Shown here one piece after another: positions 31,771-40,645 of a stretch of DNA of 64,000 nt. The stretch is taken from positions 15,945-79,944 of the forward strand of contig CACCOR010000006.1 in NCBI GenBank assembly GCA_902547695.1, written 5' to 3'. The DNA is from an uncultured SAR86 cluster bacterium (lineage in GTDB: Bacteria; Pseudomonadota; Gammaproteobacteria; Magnimaribacterales; D2472). The position numbers were made by a program, and so were the translations under genes. How positions within the stretch are numbered: position 1 is the first letter of the stretch; each line of letters opens with the position of its first letter. Under the pieces are notes generated by a model, which searched no databases, was not told the origin of the DNA, and saw only the letters and a list, made by a program, of their open reading frames with translations.

Positions 31771-32667
31771 TTAATTATTTTTTACTCCGTATGGTACATG
31801 AGCCGATGCAGTTGTGTCTTTTGCGCTCATAATATGTTTTTTTTGATCATCAAAAAAGATGTCAGCGTCAAAGGATTCTAAAAATTTAGCCTTCTCCATT
31901 CCACCCAAAAATAACGATTCATCAATACGGACGCCCCATTTTCTTAGAGTTTTGATAACCCTCTTATCTGATGGAGCCGATCTGGCAGTGACCAAAGCAG
32001 TTCTTATCGGACATTCATTTATTTTAAAATCATTTTGAATTTTATTAAGTTCCACTAAAAAAGATTTAAATGGTCCCTCTTTAAGAACAGATAATGAGTT
32101 CACCTCATTTTCGATAAAAGCTTCTAGACCTTTTTCATGAAAAACTTTTTCAGATTCATCTGAAAAAATTACCGCATCACCATCAAAAGCTATTTTTAAA
32201 ATATCAGAATTCGATTTCTTATTTTTTTCTAATGAACGAGACATAATTGTTGCAGCAGCTACATTGCTTTGTATAGCTAATTTAACGTCTTCAATGCTGC
32301 TTGATAAAAATAGATGCACACCAAAATCTTTAACATACCTATGAGGGCTCTCACCTCCACAAAATGCAGCTCTTGATATATTTAAATTATGATCTTCAAT
32401 AGAATTTCTAATTCTTAGACCTGTATCGGATGTATTTCTAGATAACAAAATTACTTCTACTCTGTCATCGCCATCATAAAGATCGTTTATATTTAAGATT
32501 TTGTTTACAAGGCTAAAAGCTTGTCCAGGTTTTAAAGTTTTATCTTCATTATCAATTTGATATTCCTCATATGATTTAAGGCCATGTTTTTTATATATTT
32601 CATGACTTTCATCAAGATCAAAAAGTGCTCTTGATGATATTCCGATAATTAACTTTGAATCCTGCAT
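31771..32667 (-). CDS. 5-prime-nucleotidase family protein (pfam06189-like)
   Basis: IGISSRALFDLDESHEIY, KIAFDGDAVIFSDESE, RTALVTARSAPS and DIFFDDQKKH. Confidence 0.78.
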   Translation of the reverse strand: MQDSKLIIGISSRALFDLDESHEIYKKHGLKSYEEYQIDNEDKTLKPGQAFSLVNKILNINDLYDGDDRVEVILLSRNTSDTGLRIRNSIEDHNLNISRAAFCGGESPHRYVKDFGVHLFLSSSIEDVKLAIQSNVAAATIMSRSLEKNKKSNSDILKIAFDGDAVIFSDESEKVFHEKGLEAFIENEVNSLSVLKEGPFKSFLVELNKIQNDFKINECPIRTALVTARSAPSDKRVIKTLRKWGVRIDESLFLGGMEKAKFLESFDADIFFDDQKKHIMSAKDTTASAHVPYGVKNN

Positions 32668-32704
32668 ACTAACTTAATTTGTAAAAACTCATTGTTTTGT
32701 ATTA

Positions 32705-32724
32705 TACTGTACATACATTCAGTA
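32705..32724. promoter_or_regulatory. LexA operator of lexA (autoregulation)
   Basis: TACTGTACATACATTCAGTA is CTGT-N8 with right arm TCAG instead of ACAG. It lies 11 nt upstream of the lexA ATG. Candidate promoter: TTGTAA (32679..32684), 18-nt spacer, TATACT (32703..32708). Confidence 0.8.
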
Positions 32725-32735
32725 TTTTTATTATT

Positions 32736-33350
32736 ATGAAAGAAATAACATCACAACAACAACGAGTATTAGATTGTATTCAAATTTACCTAAAGAAAAC
32801 AGGTTTTCCTCCAACAAGGGCAGATATTTGTAAAGAATTAGGATTTAAATCTCCAAATTCAGCTGAAACCCATCTTAGAGCGCTTGAAAAGAAAGGATTT
32901 ATTTCAATCGAAAGTGGAGCTTCTAGAGGTATCTCTGTTAACAATCAAAACAATTCATTTGGTGGAGATGAGTATCCAGTTATTGGCTTAGTGGCTGCTG
33001 GATCACCTACTTTAGCTGAGGAAAATATAGAAAGAACAATTAACTGTCCAAAATCTTTTTTTGAATCAGGTTTTGATTATTTTTTAAAAGTTAGAGGACT
33101 AAGCATGAAAGATGCTGGCATCATGGAAGATGATTTGATTGCAGTCAAAAAAACTACTGATGTAAAAAATGGTGACATTGTTATTGCAAGACTTGATGAT
33201 GAGGTAACTGTTAAATTCTTTAATAGAAAGTCCTCTAATATTGTAGAGTTAGAGCCTGCAAATGAAAATTTTGAAAATATCGTAATAAATTTAGAAAGTG
33301 AACAACTTCATATTGAAGGTAAAAGCGTAGGATTGTTGAGAAGGAATTAA
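32736..33350 (+). CDS. lexA: LexA repressor
   Basis: wHTH N-terminus (QQQRVLDCIQ...GFPPTRADICKELGFKSPNSAETHLRALEKKGFI), cleavage site VAAGSP, Ser in GLSMKDAGI, Lys in VTVKFF. Start moved to ATG 32736 because the track extension would read through the operator. Confidence 0.94.
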   Translation: MKEITSQQQRVLDCIQIYLKKTGFPPTRADICKELGFKSPNSAETHLRALEKKGFISIESGASRGISVNNQNNSFGGDEYPVIGLVAAGSPTLAEENIERTINCPKSFFESGFDYFLKVRGLSMKDAGIMEDDLIAVKKTTDVKNGDIVIARLDDEVTVKFFNRKSSNIVELEPANENFENIVINLESEQLHIEGKSVGLLRRN

Positions 33351-33604
33351 TGAACAATATTTTGTTTTTTTGAAAATCTTTCTCTTTGCTTCTCAAAAAA
33401 CTCATCTAAATCGCTAACATTTCCACTTACACTTTCAATTCCTGCTCTTATCATTTCTTTTGCAACAGATAATTCTTGACCTCTCAAAAAGTCTTGGGAC
33501 TCCTTTGAGAATTCTATTTTTACAATAGGATTATCGTGATCGTCTGATCTTCTAAGTACTATACTTCCATCAGGTAATTGTGCTAGCTCTAGATAATTTG
33601 CCAT
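33347..33604 (-). CDS. hypothetical 85-aa protein, last gene of the topA block
   Basis: ORF with AAGGA 5-6 nt upstream of ATG 33604 (track start 33631 is the alternative). No motif recognised. The stop overlaps the lexA stop (TTAA). Confidence 0.45.
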   Translation of the reverse strand: MANYLELAQLPDGSIVLRRSDDHDNPIVKIEFSKESQDFLRGQELSVAKEMIRAGIESVSGNVSDLDEFFEKQRERFSKKQNIVH

Positions 33605-33624
33605 GTTTTTCCTTGCGTTACAGC

Positions 33625-34062
33625 TTAACATTCATCAAGTAATTTGCGAAGTAACTCTTTAAATGATTTATATTTATTTAATATCAAAGAAAATTTTTTC
33701 AAGTCATTTAATTTATTAGTTGAAATTATATTTGTATCTGGAACAGAAATAGCTCTTTCTTTTGAGTCATGTAAAATTGATAGAAGACCATCTGGATCAA
33801 ACTCACTATTTACTATATTTTTTATGGTGCTTATTTCCATAAGTTTTTTCCATTTTGATTCAAAATTAAATTCTTCGATAGGCTCAAGATCATTTTTATA
33901 AATCTCATAGATATTATTTGCTTCACAATCAAGACTATTCTCAATACATGAAATAAAAAGAAGTTGCCTGTGATTGTCTTTTAGTGAGCTGTCAAAATTA
34001 ATATCTTTCAAAATCTCTTCTGACAGATCTAGGTAAAGATTTGATAATTCTTTAAATTCCAC
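33625..34062 (-). CDS. hypothetical acidic 145-aa protein, translationally coupled to topA
   Basis: The GTG start overlaps the topA TAG by 1 nt (TAGTG). No motif recognised. Confidence 0.45.
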   Translation of the reverse strand: MEFKELSNLYLDLSEEILKDINFDSSLKDNHRQLLFISCIENSLDCEANNIYEIYKNDLEPIEEFNFESKWKKLMEISTIKNIVNSEFDPDGLLSILHDSKERAISVPDTNIISTNKLNDLKKFSLILNKYKSFKELLRKLLDEC

Positions 34063-36680
34063 TAACTCTTTAGATTTTCAACCCATTGCCCATTGGAATA
34101 TGTGGCAGTCCATTTTGTTTTTTTTCCGTCTTTTTCAGAAGCAACATAATGAGTATCTTCTGTTCTGTTATATCTAATTACATATGGATTTCCATCCTTG
34201 TCGGTCTCAGGAGCATCTAATAGATATAAATGTTTTTCTTTATCTGGTAAAAACCTACATGCTTCAATAATTTCTTCACGCAGACTATTTATTTCTGAAA
34301 CCTTCGGAGCTCTAGTTTCTCTATTTTTTGGATACTGGCTTGCAGCAAGGAACAAACCTTTCATGCTGTCTCTTAGTAAATAATGATCCTCACATTTTAT
34401 GCATTTTAGATCTTTAATTTCTATTGGCTCCATTGTGATAGGTTTTGGTTCACCATTCCTTTGAAGTGCTCTTGTAGCCCCACAATTGTCATTTAAGCAT
34501 CCAAAGTATTTTCCAAATCTTCCAGTTTTAAGTTGCATCTCTGATCCACACTTATGACATTCAAGTGTAGGACCGTCATATCCTTTTATTCTAAATTGAC
34601 CATCTTCTACAAGATAACCGTCACAATCAGGATTTTTTCCACATACATGAAGCTTTCTGTTTTCGTCAATCAAATAATTATCCATACTAGTTTCACATTT
34701 TGGGCATCTCTTCTTTATTAATAAATTTTCTACTTCTTCATTATCGTCAATGCTTATTGCTTCATCGCCTGAAATCAAATTAAGGGTTTCTTTGCATTTC
34801 TCATCACCAGAATTTTGATAACCTGAACATCCCAGAAAAACACCATTCGAAGAATTTCTTATTACCATGTTAGTTTTCCCACAAGGACATGTAATATTTG
34901 TTTCTGTTGGAATATTTCCGGGTCTCATTCCACCATATTCATCAGAAGCTGAATTAAGATCATTTTGAAATGCTCTGTAAAAATTATCTAGAATGCTCCG
35001 CCAATCAGCATCTCCATTTGCAACTTTATCTAAATTATTTTCAAGGTTTGCTGTAAAGTCATAGTCCATGATGTCATCAAAGCTCTCCATAAGCCTTTCC
35101 GCAACAATATGACCAATCTTTTTGACAAAAAATCTTTTATTTTCAATTGCTACATATCCTCTGTCTTGAATGGTTGAAATAATGTTTGCATAAGTTGATG
35201 GTCTGCCTATACCTTTTTTTTCTAACTCTCTAACAAGGGCTGCTTCAGAAAATCTTGAGGGTGGCTTAGTAAATTTTTGTTCGAGGTCAATAGTTTCTCT
35301 TTTGAGAGAATCGCCCTCTTGAAGATTTGGAAGAATATCCTCCTCCTTTGATGAACTCTTAAGAATTTTTGTAAATCCATCAAAAACTATTTCTCTGCCT
35401 CTTGCAACAAAAACTTTTTCCTCAACAAAAACCTTTGCAGATGTAGACAAATATTCCGCGTCAGGCATCTGAGAGGCAATAAATCTTTCCCAAATCAATG
35501 TATACAGTTTTGATTCTTCATCAGATAAATGCATTACATCTTGTGGCTTTAAATAAGCATTAGTGGGTCTAACTGCCTCATGAGCTTCTTGAGCATTTTC
35601 AGTACTAGAATAAATTTTAGGAGCATTGGTAAGATATTTCTCTCCAATATTTTCATTAATGTAACTTCTAGCATCTTTTATAGATTCTTTACTCAAACTA
35701 GGAGCATCAGTTCTCATATATGTGATTAAGCCTGCTTCATAAAGTTTTTGAGCAACTCGCATGGTTCTTTTTACGTTGAAACCTAATCTTGTGCTAGCAG
35801 ATTGTTGGAGTGTTGATGTAATAAAAGGAGCCTTTGGTTTGACTTTTACCGGCTTCTTAGAAATCTCATTTATTGATAAATTGCATGATTCTATTTGTTG
35901 TTTTATTGTTTCAACTTTTTCTTTTGAGAGTAATGGATCTGTTTTTTTAGTTGCAAGATTAAATGTAATTGTTTCGTTATTATTAGTAGTGGCTGAAAAC
36001 GAAATTTCCCAATATTCCTCTGGAATAAATTCTTGGATAGATCTTTCTCTTTCGTCTAAAAGTCTTAAAGCAACCGATTGAACTCTTCCTGCTGATAAGC
36101 CTCGTGCGATTTTTTTCCAAAGCAATGGAGATAATTCAAAACCAATAACTTTGTCTAAAAATCTTCTAGCTCTGTATGCTTTAACCAGATTAAGGTCTAT
36201 TTCTTTTGGATCAGAGAAAGACTCAATAATTGCATCCTTTGTAATTTGATTAAATCTCACTCTTGAGTAATTGTATTTTTGAGGTCCTAAAGCTTCTTTA
36301 AGGTGCCAAGCAATTGCTTCACCTTCTCTATCTAAATCTGTTGCTAAATATATATTATCAACATTCTTTGCAGCTTTTTTTAAAGCCTTCAGCACCTTCT
36401 CTTTCTCAGGTATTATTTGCCAATTAGCATCCCATCCATTATCAGGATCAACACCCATCCTTCTTACTAAACTTTTTCTAGCATTGATTTCCTTTTGTCT
36501 GGCTTTTTCCTCTGGACTGAGGTCTTTTGGTACAACAAGTCTTGTTCTAGTAGTGCCGCCTTTCTTTGGAAGATCTCTAATATGCCCAACGCTAGATTCA
36601 ACAATATACTCAGGTCCTAAGTACTTCGAAATGGTCTTTGCCTTTGCAGGAGACTCAACAATTACTAAAGATTTTGTCAT
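34062..36680 (-). CDS. topA: DNA topoisomerase I
   Basis: Toprim LVIVESPAKAKTISKYLG, catalytic Tyr block LITYMRTDA, multiple C-terminal C4 zinc ribbons; 872 aa. Confidence 0.97.
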   Translation of the reverse strand: MTKSLVIVESPAKAKTISKYLGPEYIVESSVGHIRDLPKKGGTTRTRLVVPKDLSPEEKARQKEINARKSLVRRMGVDPDNGWDANWQIIPEKEKVLKALKKAAKNVDNIYLATDLDREGEAIAWHLKEALGPQKYNYSRVRFNQITKDAIIESFSDPKEIDLNLVKAYRARRFLDKVIGFELSPLLWKKIARGLSAGRVQSVALRLLDERERSIQEFIPEEYWEISFSATTNNNETITFNLATKKTDPLLSKEKVETIKQQIESCNLSINEISKKPVKVKPKAPFITSTLQQSASTRLGFNVKRTMRVAQKLYEAGLITYMRTDAPSLSKESIKDARSYINENIGEKYLTNAPKIYSSTENAQEAHEAVRPTNAYLKPQDVMHLSDEESKLYTLIWERFIASQMPDAEYLSTSAKVFVEEKVFVARGREIVFDGFTKILKSSSKEEDILPNLQEGDSLKRETIDLEQKFTKPPSRFSEAALVRELEKKGIGRPSTYANIISTIQDRGYVAIENKRFFVKKIGHIVAERLMESFDDIMDYDFTANLENNLDKVANGDADWRSILDNFYRAFQNDLNSASDEYGGMRPGNIPTETNITCPCGKTNMVIRNSSNGVFLGCSGYQNSGDEKCKETLNLISGDEAISIDDNEEVENLLIKKRCPKCETSMDNYLIDENRKLHVCGKNPDCDGYLVEDGQFRIKGYDGPTLECHKCGSEMQLKTGRFGKYFGCLNDNCGATRALQRNGEPKPITMEPIEIKDLKCIKCEDHYLLRDSMKGLFLAASQYPKNRETRAPKVSEINSLREEIIEACRFLPDKEKHLYLLDAPETDKDGNPYVIRYNRTEDTHYVASEKDGKKTKWTATYSNGQWVENLKS

Positions 36681-36739
36681 TTTCTAAAATTTCCTTTTTT
36701 AATGAATATCATCAAAAGGTTCATGTTGGCAAGTCAATT

Positions 36740-37183
36740 TTAAAAATTTTTTAAATTTCCTAATTCATCAAGAATATTTTTAAGCTCCTTTAACCCATCT
36801 AATTCTTTCCATAAAAAAAATATAAAAGATTCAGTAAAAATGAGCTCATCGATACTCTTAGATAGACTTTTTAACTGCTTTTCAATGCTTTCAAAATTGT
36901 CTACATATTTAAGTTTGACAGGAGAATACAAGATTAAATCAGTTTTGTCTCTAATAAAGTGACCTTCTTTAAATGAGGTAGTGTTTTTAATTTGATAGCT
37001 GACTGGATTAGAATTTTTATTTTTAAATTTATTTTTACCGTAGATTGTTGAGGAAATCTTTACTCCCATCATTTGAGCTTCCATTCTTATTTTAGATATT
37101 TCTCTGGAGGATTTTGAGGGCATCGCGATAGAAATTGATCCTACTAGAAGTAGAATAGCTAATATAAAAACAAAATATTCCAA
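36740..37183 (-). CDS. hypothetical membrane-anchored protein (147 aa)
   Basis: Single N-terminal TM (FVFILAILLLVGSISIA). Starts 3 nt after the pyrD stop. No motif recognised. Confidence 0.5.
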   Translation of the reverse strand: MEYFVFILAILLLVGSISIAMPSKSSREISKIRMEAQMMGVKISSTIYGKNKFKNKNSNPVSYQIKNTTSFKEGHFIRDKTDLILYSPVKLKYVDNFESIEKQLKSLSKSIDELIFTESFIFFLWKELDGLKELKNILDELGNLKNF

Positions 37184-37186
37184 TTC

Positions 37187-38176
37187 TTAATCTCTAACTA
37201 TTTGATTAATCAAATTTGGACCTTTTATGATAAATCCAGTATAAATTTGAACTAAATCTGCACCAGCATTTAATTTAGATAAATAATCTTTTTTACTCAT
37301 AACGCCTCCTACTCCAATAATTGGAATGTCAGAACATTTTGATCTTATTAGAGAAATTTTGTTTGTAGACTTATACATCAAAGGCTGACCTGAAACCCCA
37401 CCATCTTCTTTTTTTAATTTTTTATTATTAAGATTTGCTTTATCAATTGTTGTGTTTGTAGCAACCAGTCCTGTTATAGATGATTTTTTAACTAAATCAA
37501 TTATCATTTCAATAGATTCGTCAGTCTCATCTGGAGAAATTTTTAAAAAAATTGGTTTTTTAAAATTAAGCTTGGCAATTTTGTTTTCTACTGAAGTAAT
37601 TAAACTTTGTAGATTTTCTTTTAAATGTAAGTCTCTCAAATCAGGTGTATTGGGAGAAGATATATTTATTGTTATGTAATCTGCAAACTTATGAATCTTT
37701 TCAATGCAAAGCAAGTAGTCGTTTATTCTTTCAATACCTTTAGAGGATTTATTTGCGCCAATATTTACTCCTACAACTCCACCATATTTTCTTTTTTTAA
37801 GATTGTTAACCAAATAATCAATACCTTTATTATTAAAACCAAGTCTGTTAATTATTGAATTTTCCTGATAGTTTCTAAATATACGGGGTTTAGGATTACC
37901 GTACTGAGGTTTTGGAGTAACGGTTCCTACCTCTAAGAAACCAAATCCTAGGGCACCTAATGCATCTATATAATCCCCATTTTTATCTAAACCAGCTGCT
38001 GTTCCAAGTTTATTTCTGAATTTCATTCCAAAAATTTTGTGTTCATTTTTATTAATAATTTTGTTCCTAAATAAAAATAATAGCTTGAATTTATGTAATA
38101 AATTTAGAGAATTTAATGAAGCAGAATGAGCAAACTCTGGAGGTAGAAATTTAAATATTTTTAAGAAAAAATTCAA
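37187..38176 (-). CDS. pyrD: dihydroorotate dehydrogenase (quinone), class 2
   Basis: GFLEVGTVTPKPQ, TINISSPNTP and GVGGV; N-terminal membrane-association extension. Confidence 0.92.
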   Translation of the reverse strand: MNFFLKIFKFLPPEFAHSASLNSLNLLHKFKLLFLFRNKIINKNEHKIFGMKFRNKLGTAAGLDKNGDYIDALGALGFGFLEVGTVTPKPQYGNPKPRIFRNYQENSIINRLGFNNKGIDYLVNNLKKRKYGGVVGVNIGANKSSKGIERINDYLLCIEKIHKFADYITINISSPNTPDLRDLHLKENLQSLITSVENKIAKLNFKKPIFLKISPDETDESIEMIIDLVKKSSITGLVATNTTIDKANLNNKKLKKEDGGVSGQPLMYKSTNKISLIRSKCSDIPIIGVGGVMSKKDYLSKLNAGADLVQIYTGFIIKGPNLINQIVRD

Positions 38177-39033
38177 ACAATATCCTGTATTATTTTTTTT
38201 ATTTTTTTGTTTATCGTTTCATCTCTTAGGGCGAGCGCAATGGTAGCATGAACAAAGCCTTCCTTGCTACCACAATCAAATTTTTCTCCATTATATAAAG
38301 TTGCATATATATCTTCGTCACTTAAGAGAGATCGTATGGCATCGGTTAACTGAATTTCACCAGATTTATCAGATTTTGTTAATTTTAAATGCTTAAAAAT
38401 TGCAGGATTAAGTATATATCTCCCACAAACTGCCATATCAGAGGGCGCATCCTGTGCAGCTGGTTTTTCTATAATATCATCGATTTTAATAGCTTCTTCA
38501 TTTTGCTCTCCTGGTTCAATAACTCCATATTTATGGATATTATTTTCATCTATTTTATTAACAGCAATAACGGAAGATTTTTTTTCTTTAAATATATCTA
38601 TTAACTGATCCAAGCAAGACTTTCTAGAAAAAAATAAGTCATCTGGAAGCAACACTGCAAAGGAATTATTACCAATTATGCTTTCTGCTTGAAGAACAGC
38701 ATGACCTAATCCATTCTGTTCATTTTGATTTATATAATAAAATTTAACCTTATTAAATTTTTTAGGATTTAGCTTTTCAATCATTTCCTGTTTGTTAGAA
38801 TTTTGTAATCTTAGCTCAAGATCTTTATTGGTTTTGAAATGTTTTTTAATTGAATGTTTCTCAGGACTGGTAATAAAAATAATTTCATTAATGCCGCTAT
38901 CAATTGCCTCTTCAACAGCATATTGTACTAAAGGCTTATCAATAATCGGGAGCATCTCTTTGGGAGTTGCTTTTGATGCTGGTAAAAATCTTGTACCAAA
39001 GCCTGCAACTGGTAATACTGCTTTTCTTATCAA
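38173..39033 (-). CDS. galU: UTP--glucose-1-phosphate uridylyltransferase
   Basis: AVLPVAGFGTRFLPASKATPKEMLPIIDKPLVQY. Confidence 0.93.
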   Translation of the reverse strand: MIRKAVLPVAGFGTRFLPASKATPKEMLPIIDKPLVQYAVEEAIDSGINEIIFITSPEKHSIKKHFKTNKDLELRLQNSNKQEMIEKLNPKKFNKVKFYYINQNEQNGLGHAVLQAESIIGNNSFAVLLPDDLFFSRKSCLDQLIDIFKEKKSSVIAVNKIDENNIHKYGVIEPGEQNEEAIKIDDIIEKPAAQDAPSDMAVCGRYILNPAIFKHLKLTKSDKSGEIQLTDAIRSLLSDEDIYATLYNGEKFDCGSKEGFVHATIALALRDETINKKIKKIIQDIV

Positions 39034-39034
39034 T

Positions 39035-39661
39035 TTATATTCTCATCGTAAAAAAACTTTTATATATCATAGCAAACAAAATTCCAGAAATAAGACCACC
39101 AAGGTGTGCATAATTAGCCACAGAGCCAAATCCGAATAAATCTAATACTCCAATAAATCCTAAAAGCAGCCAGATAATCATAAATAAATATATTGCTGGT
39201 GGTAAATCATATCTTACATATTTAGATTCAAACTCAAGAATCATGCAAAAACCAATTAAGCCATAAATTACACCTGACAATCCTCCAAATAAGCTGGAGT
39301 CGGTAAATATATATTGAAGAAGATTACTAAGGATTGCCGAGAAAATTACAAGAACTATAAAAGTATTAGATCCATCAATGTTTTCAATCTTTTCTCCCAA
39401 TATATATATCCATAAACAATTAAATGCTAAATGAGCAAACGAAAAATGTATAAATATAGGCGTTATTGTTCTCCACCACTGATTATCTTCAAAGTAAGTT
39501 TGATTTAGATCGGCTATAGAAACATATCCTTGATTGGAAATAATTATCTTTGTAAAAGTTAAAGGCTCTATAACTGCAATTAATGATCCAAAGTTTGAGA
39601 TTAATGCAATTACAATTGCTATGAAAATAATTGGAATATGATAATTTTTTAAAATATTCAA
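39035..39661 (-). CDS. rhomboid-family intramembrane serine protease
   Basis: Six TM segments, catalytic GGLSGVIYGL (Ser) and YAHLGGLISG (His). Confidence 0.82.
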   Translation of the reverse strand: MNILKNYHIPIIFIAIVIALISNFGSLIAVIEPLTFTKIIISNQGYVSIADLNQTYFEDNQWWRTITPIFIHFSFAHLAFNCLWIYILGEKIENIDGSNTFIVLVIFSAILSNLLQYIFTDSSLFGGLSGVIYGLIGFCMILEFESKYVRYDLPPAIYLFMIIWLLLGFIGVLDLFGFGSVANYAHLGGLISGILFAMIYKSFFTMRI

Positions 39662-39662
39662 T

Positions 39663-40535
39663 TTAATTTTTAGAAATATTTAAGCTCCAACCTAACTTTT
39701 CTCTGCATGCCTCAAAAAAATCATTATCATTTGGATGAACTAATTTTAAAGTTTTCTCCATTTTAGATATTAAAATTTTCTCACCATATGGAATATCAAT
39801 GTCGTCTTGACCATCAACGCAAATTTTTGCATTTTCATTAGGTCCATCAAACAAATCCATTTCAACCTTTTCATCTGTAGAAATTACAAAGGGCCTTGAA
39901 GATAAGCTTTGAGGAAGCATTGGAAGAATTGTCCAAACATCTAAACTTGGATGAATAATTGGGCCACCTGCTGATAAAGCATATGCAGTCGATCCTGTTG
40001 GGGTAGCAATTATTAAACCATCTGACCTTTGCTCATAAACAACTTTGTCGTTTACATTTAACCGATATCTCATTAGCTGAGCATATGCACCAGAGTGGAT
40101 AACAACCTCATTTAGACCATATAAATGATTATTCCCAAATTTGGCAGAAACTAAATTTCTTTCTTCAATTTTATAGTTACCATCCAAGACTTCCTTAATA
40201 GTATTTTCAAAATTATCAGTACTTATATCGGTAAGAAACCCTACATTACCCATATTAATTCCAAGAATAGGAATATCGTAATTTAAATACTTCCTTGCGG
40301 CATTCAAAAGGGTGCCATCTCCACCAAAAACTACAACAATATCAACTTTTTTTACAAATTCCTTGTGCTCAAGAACAGTAAAATTTTCATTTTTGTTATT
40401 TGAAGTCTTATCAATGTACAAATTAATATCCAAATTTGATATCGAATTTATCATTAGATTAAGAGCTTCGTTATCAATACCATTAGATAAGTCTTCTTTA
40501 ACTAATATACCTATTTCTCTTAACATAGCGCGCAT
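39663..40535 (-). CDS. nadK: NAD kinase
   Basis: VVFGGDGTLLNAARK and IATPTGSTAYALSAGGPI. Confidence 0.9.
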   Translation of the reverse strand: MRAMLREIGILVKEDLSNGIDNEALNLMINSISNLDINLYIDKTSNNKNENFTVLEHKEFVKKVDIVVVFGGDGTLLNAARKYLNYDIPILGINMGNVGFLTDISTDNFENTIKEVLDGNYKIEERNLVSAKFGNNHLYGLNEVVIHSGAYAQLMRYRLNVNDKVVYEQRSDGLIIATPTGSTAYALSAGGPIIHPSLDVWTILPMLPQSLSSRPFVISTDEKVEMDLFDGPNENAKICVDGQDDIDIPYGEKILISKMEKTLKLVHPNDNDFFEACREKLGWSLNISKN

Positions 40536-40645
40536 TATACAACTTATAAAAAAATGTATTAATAAGTTTTATATTTTCAATACTCGAAAAAATTAAATAT
40601 ACGCATATAATATTGATGATTTTAATTAAAACAAATATCAATAAA

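Noticed and set aside
40541-40568. 7-nt inverted repeat AACTTAT-N14-ATAAGTT in the nadK/ACAD divergent region
   Set aside because: The arms are short and made entirely of A/T plus one C/G, in a region that is almost pure AT. No regulator gene is adjacent. The chance expectation is too high to call an operator.
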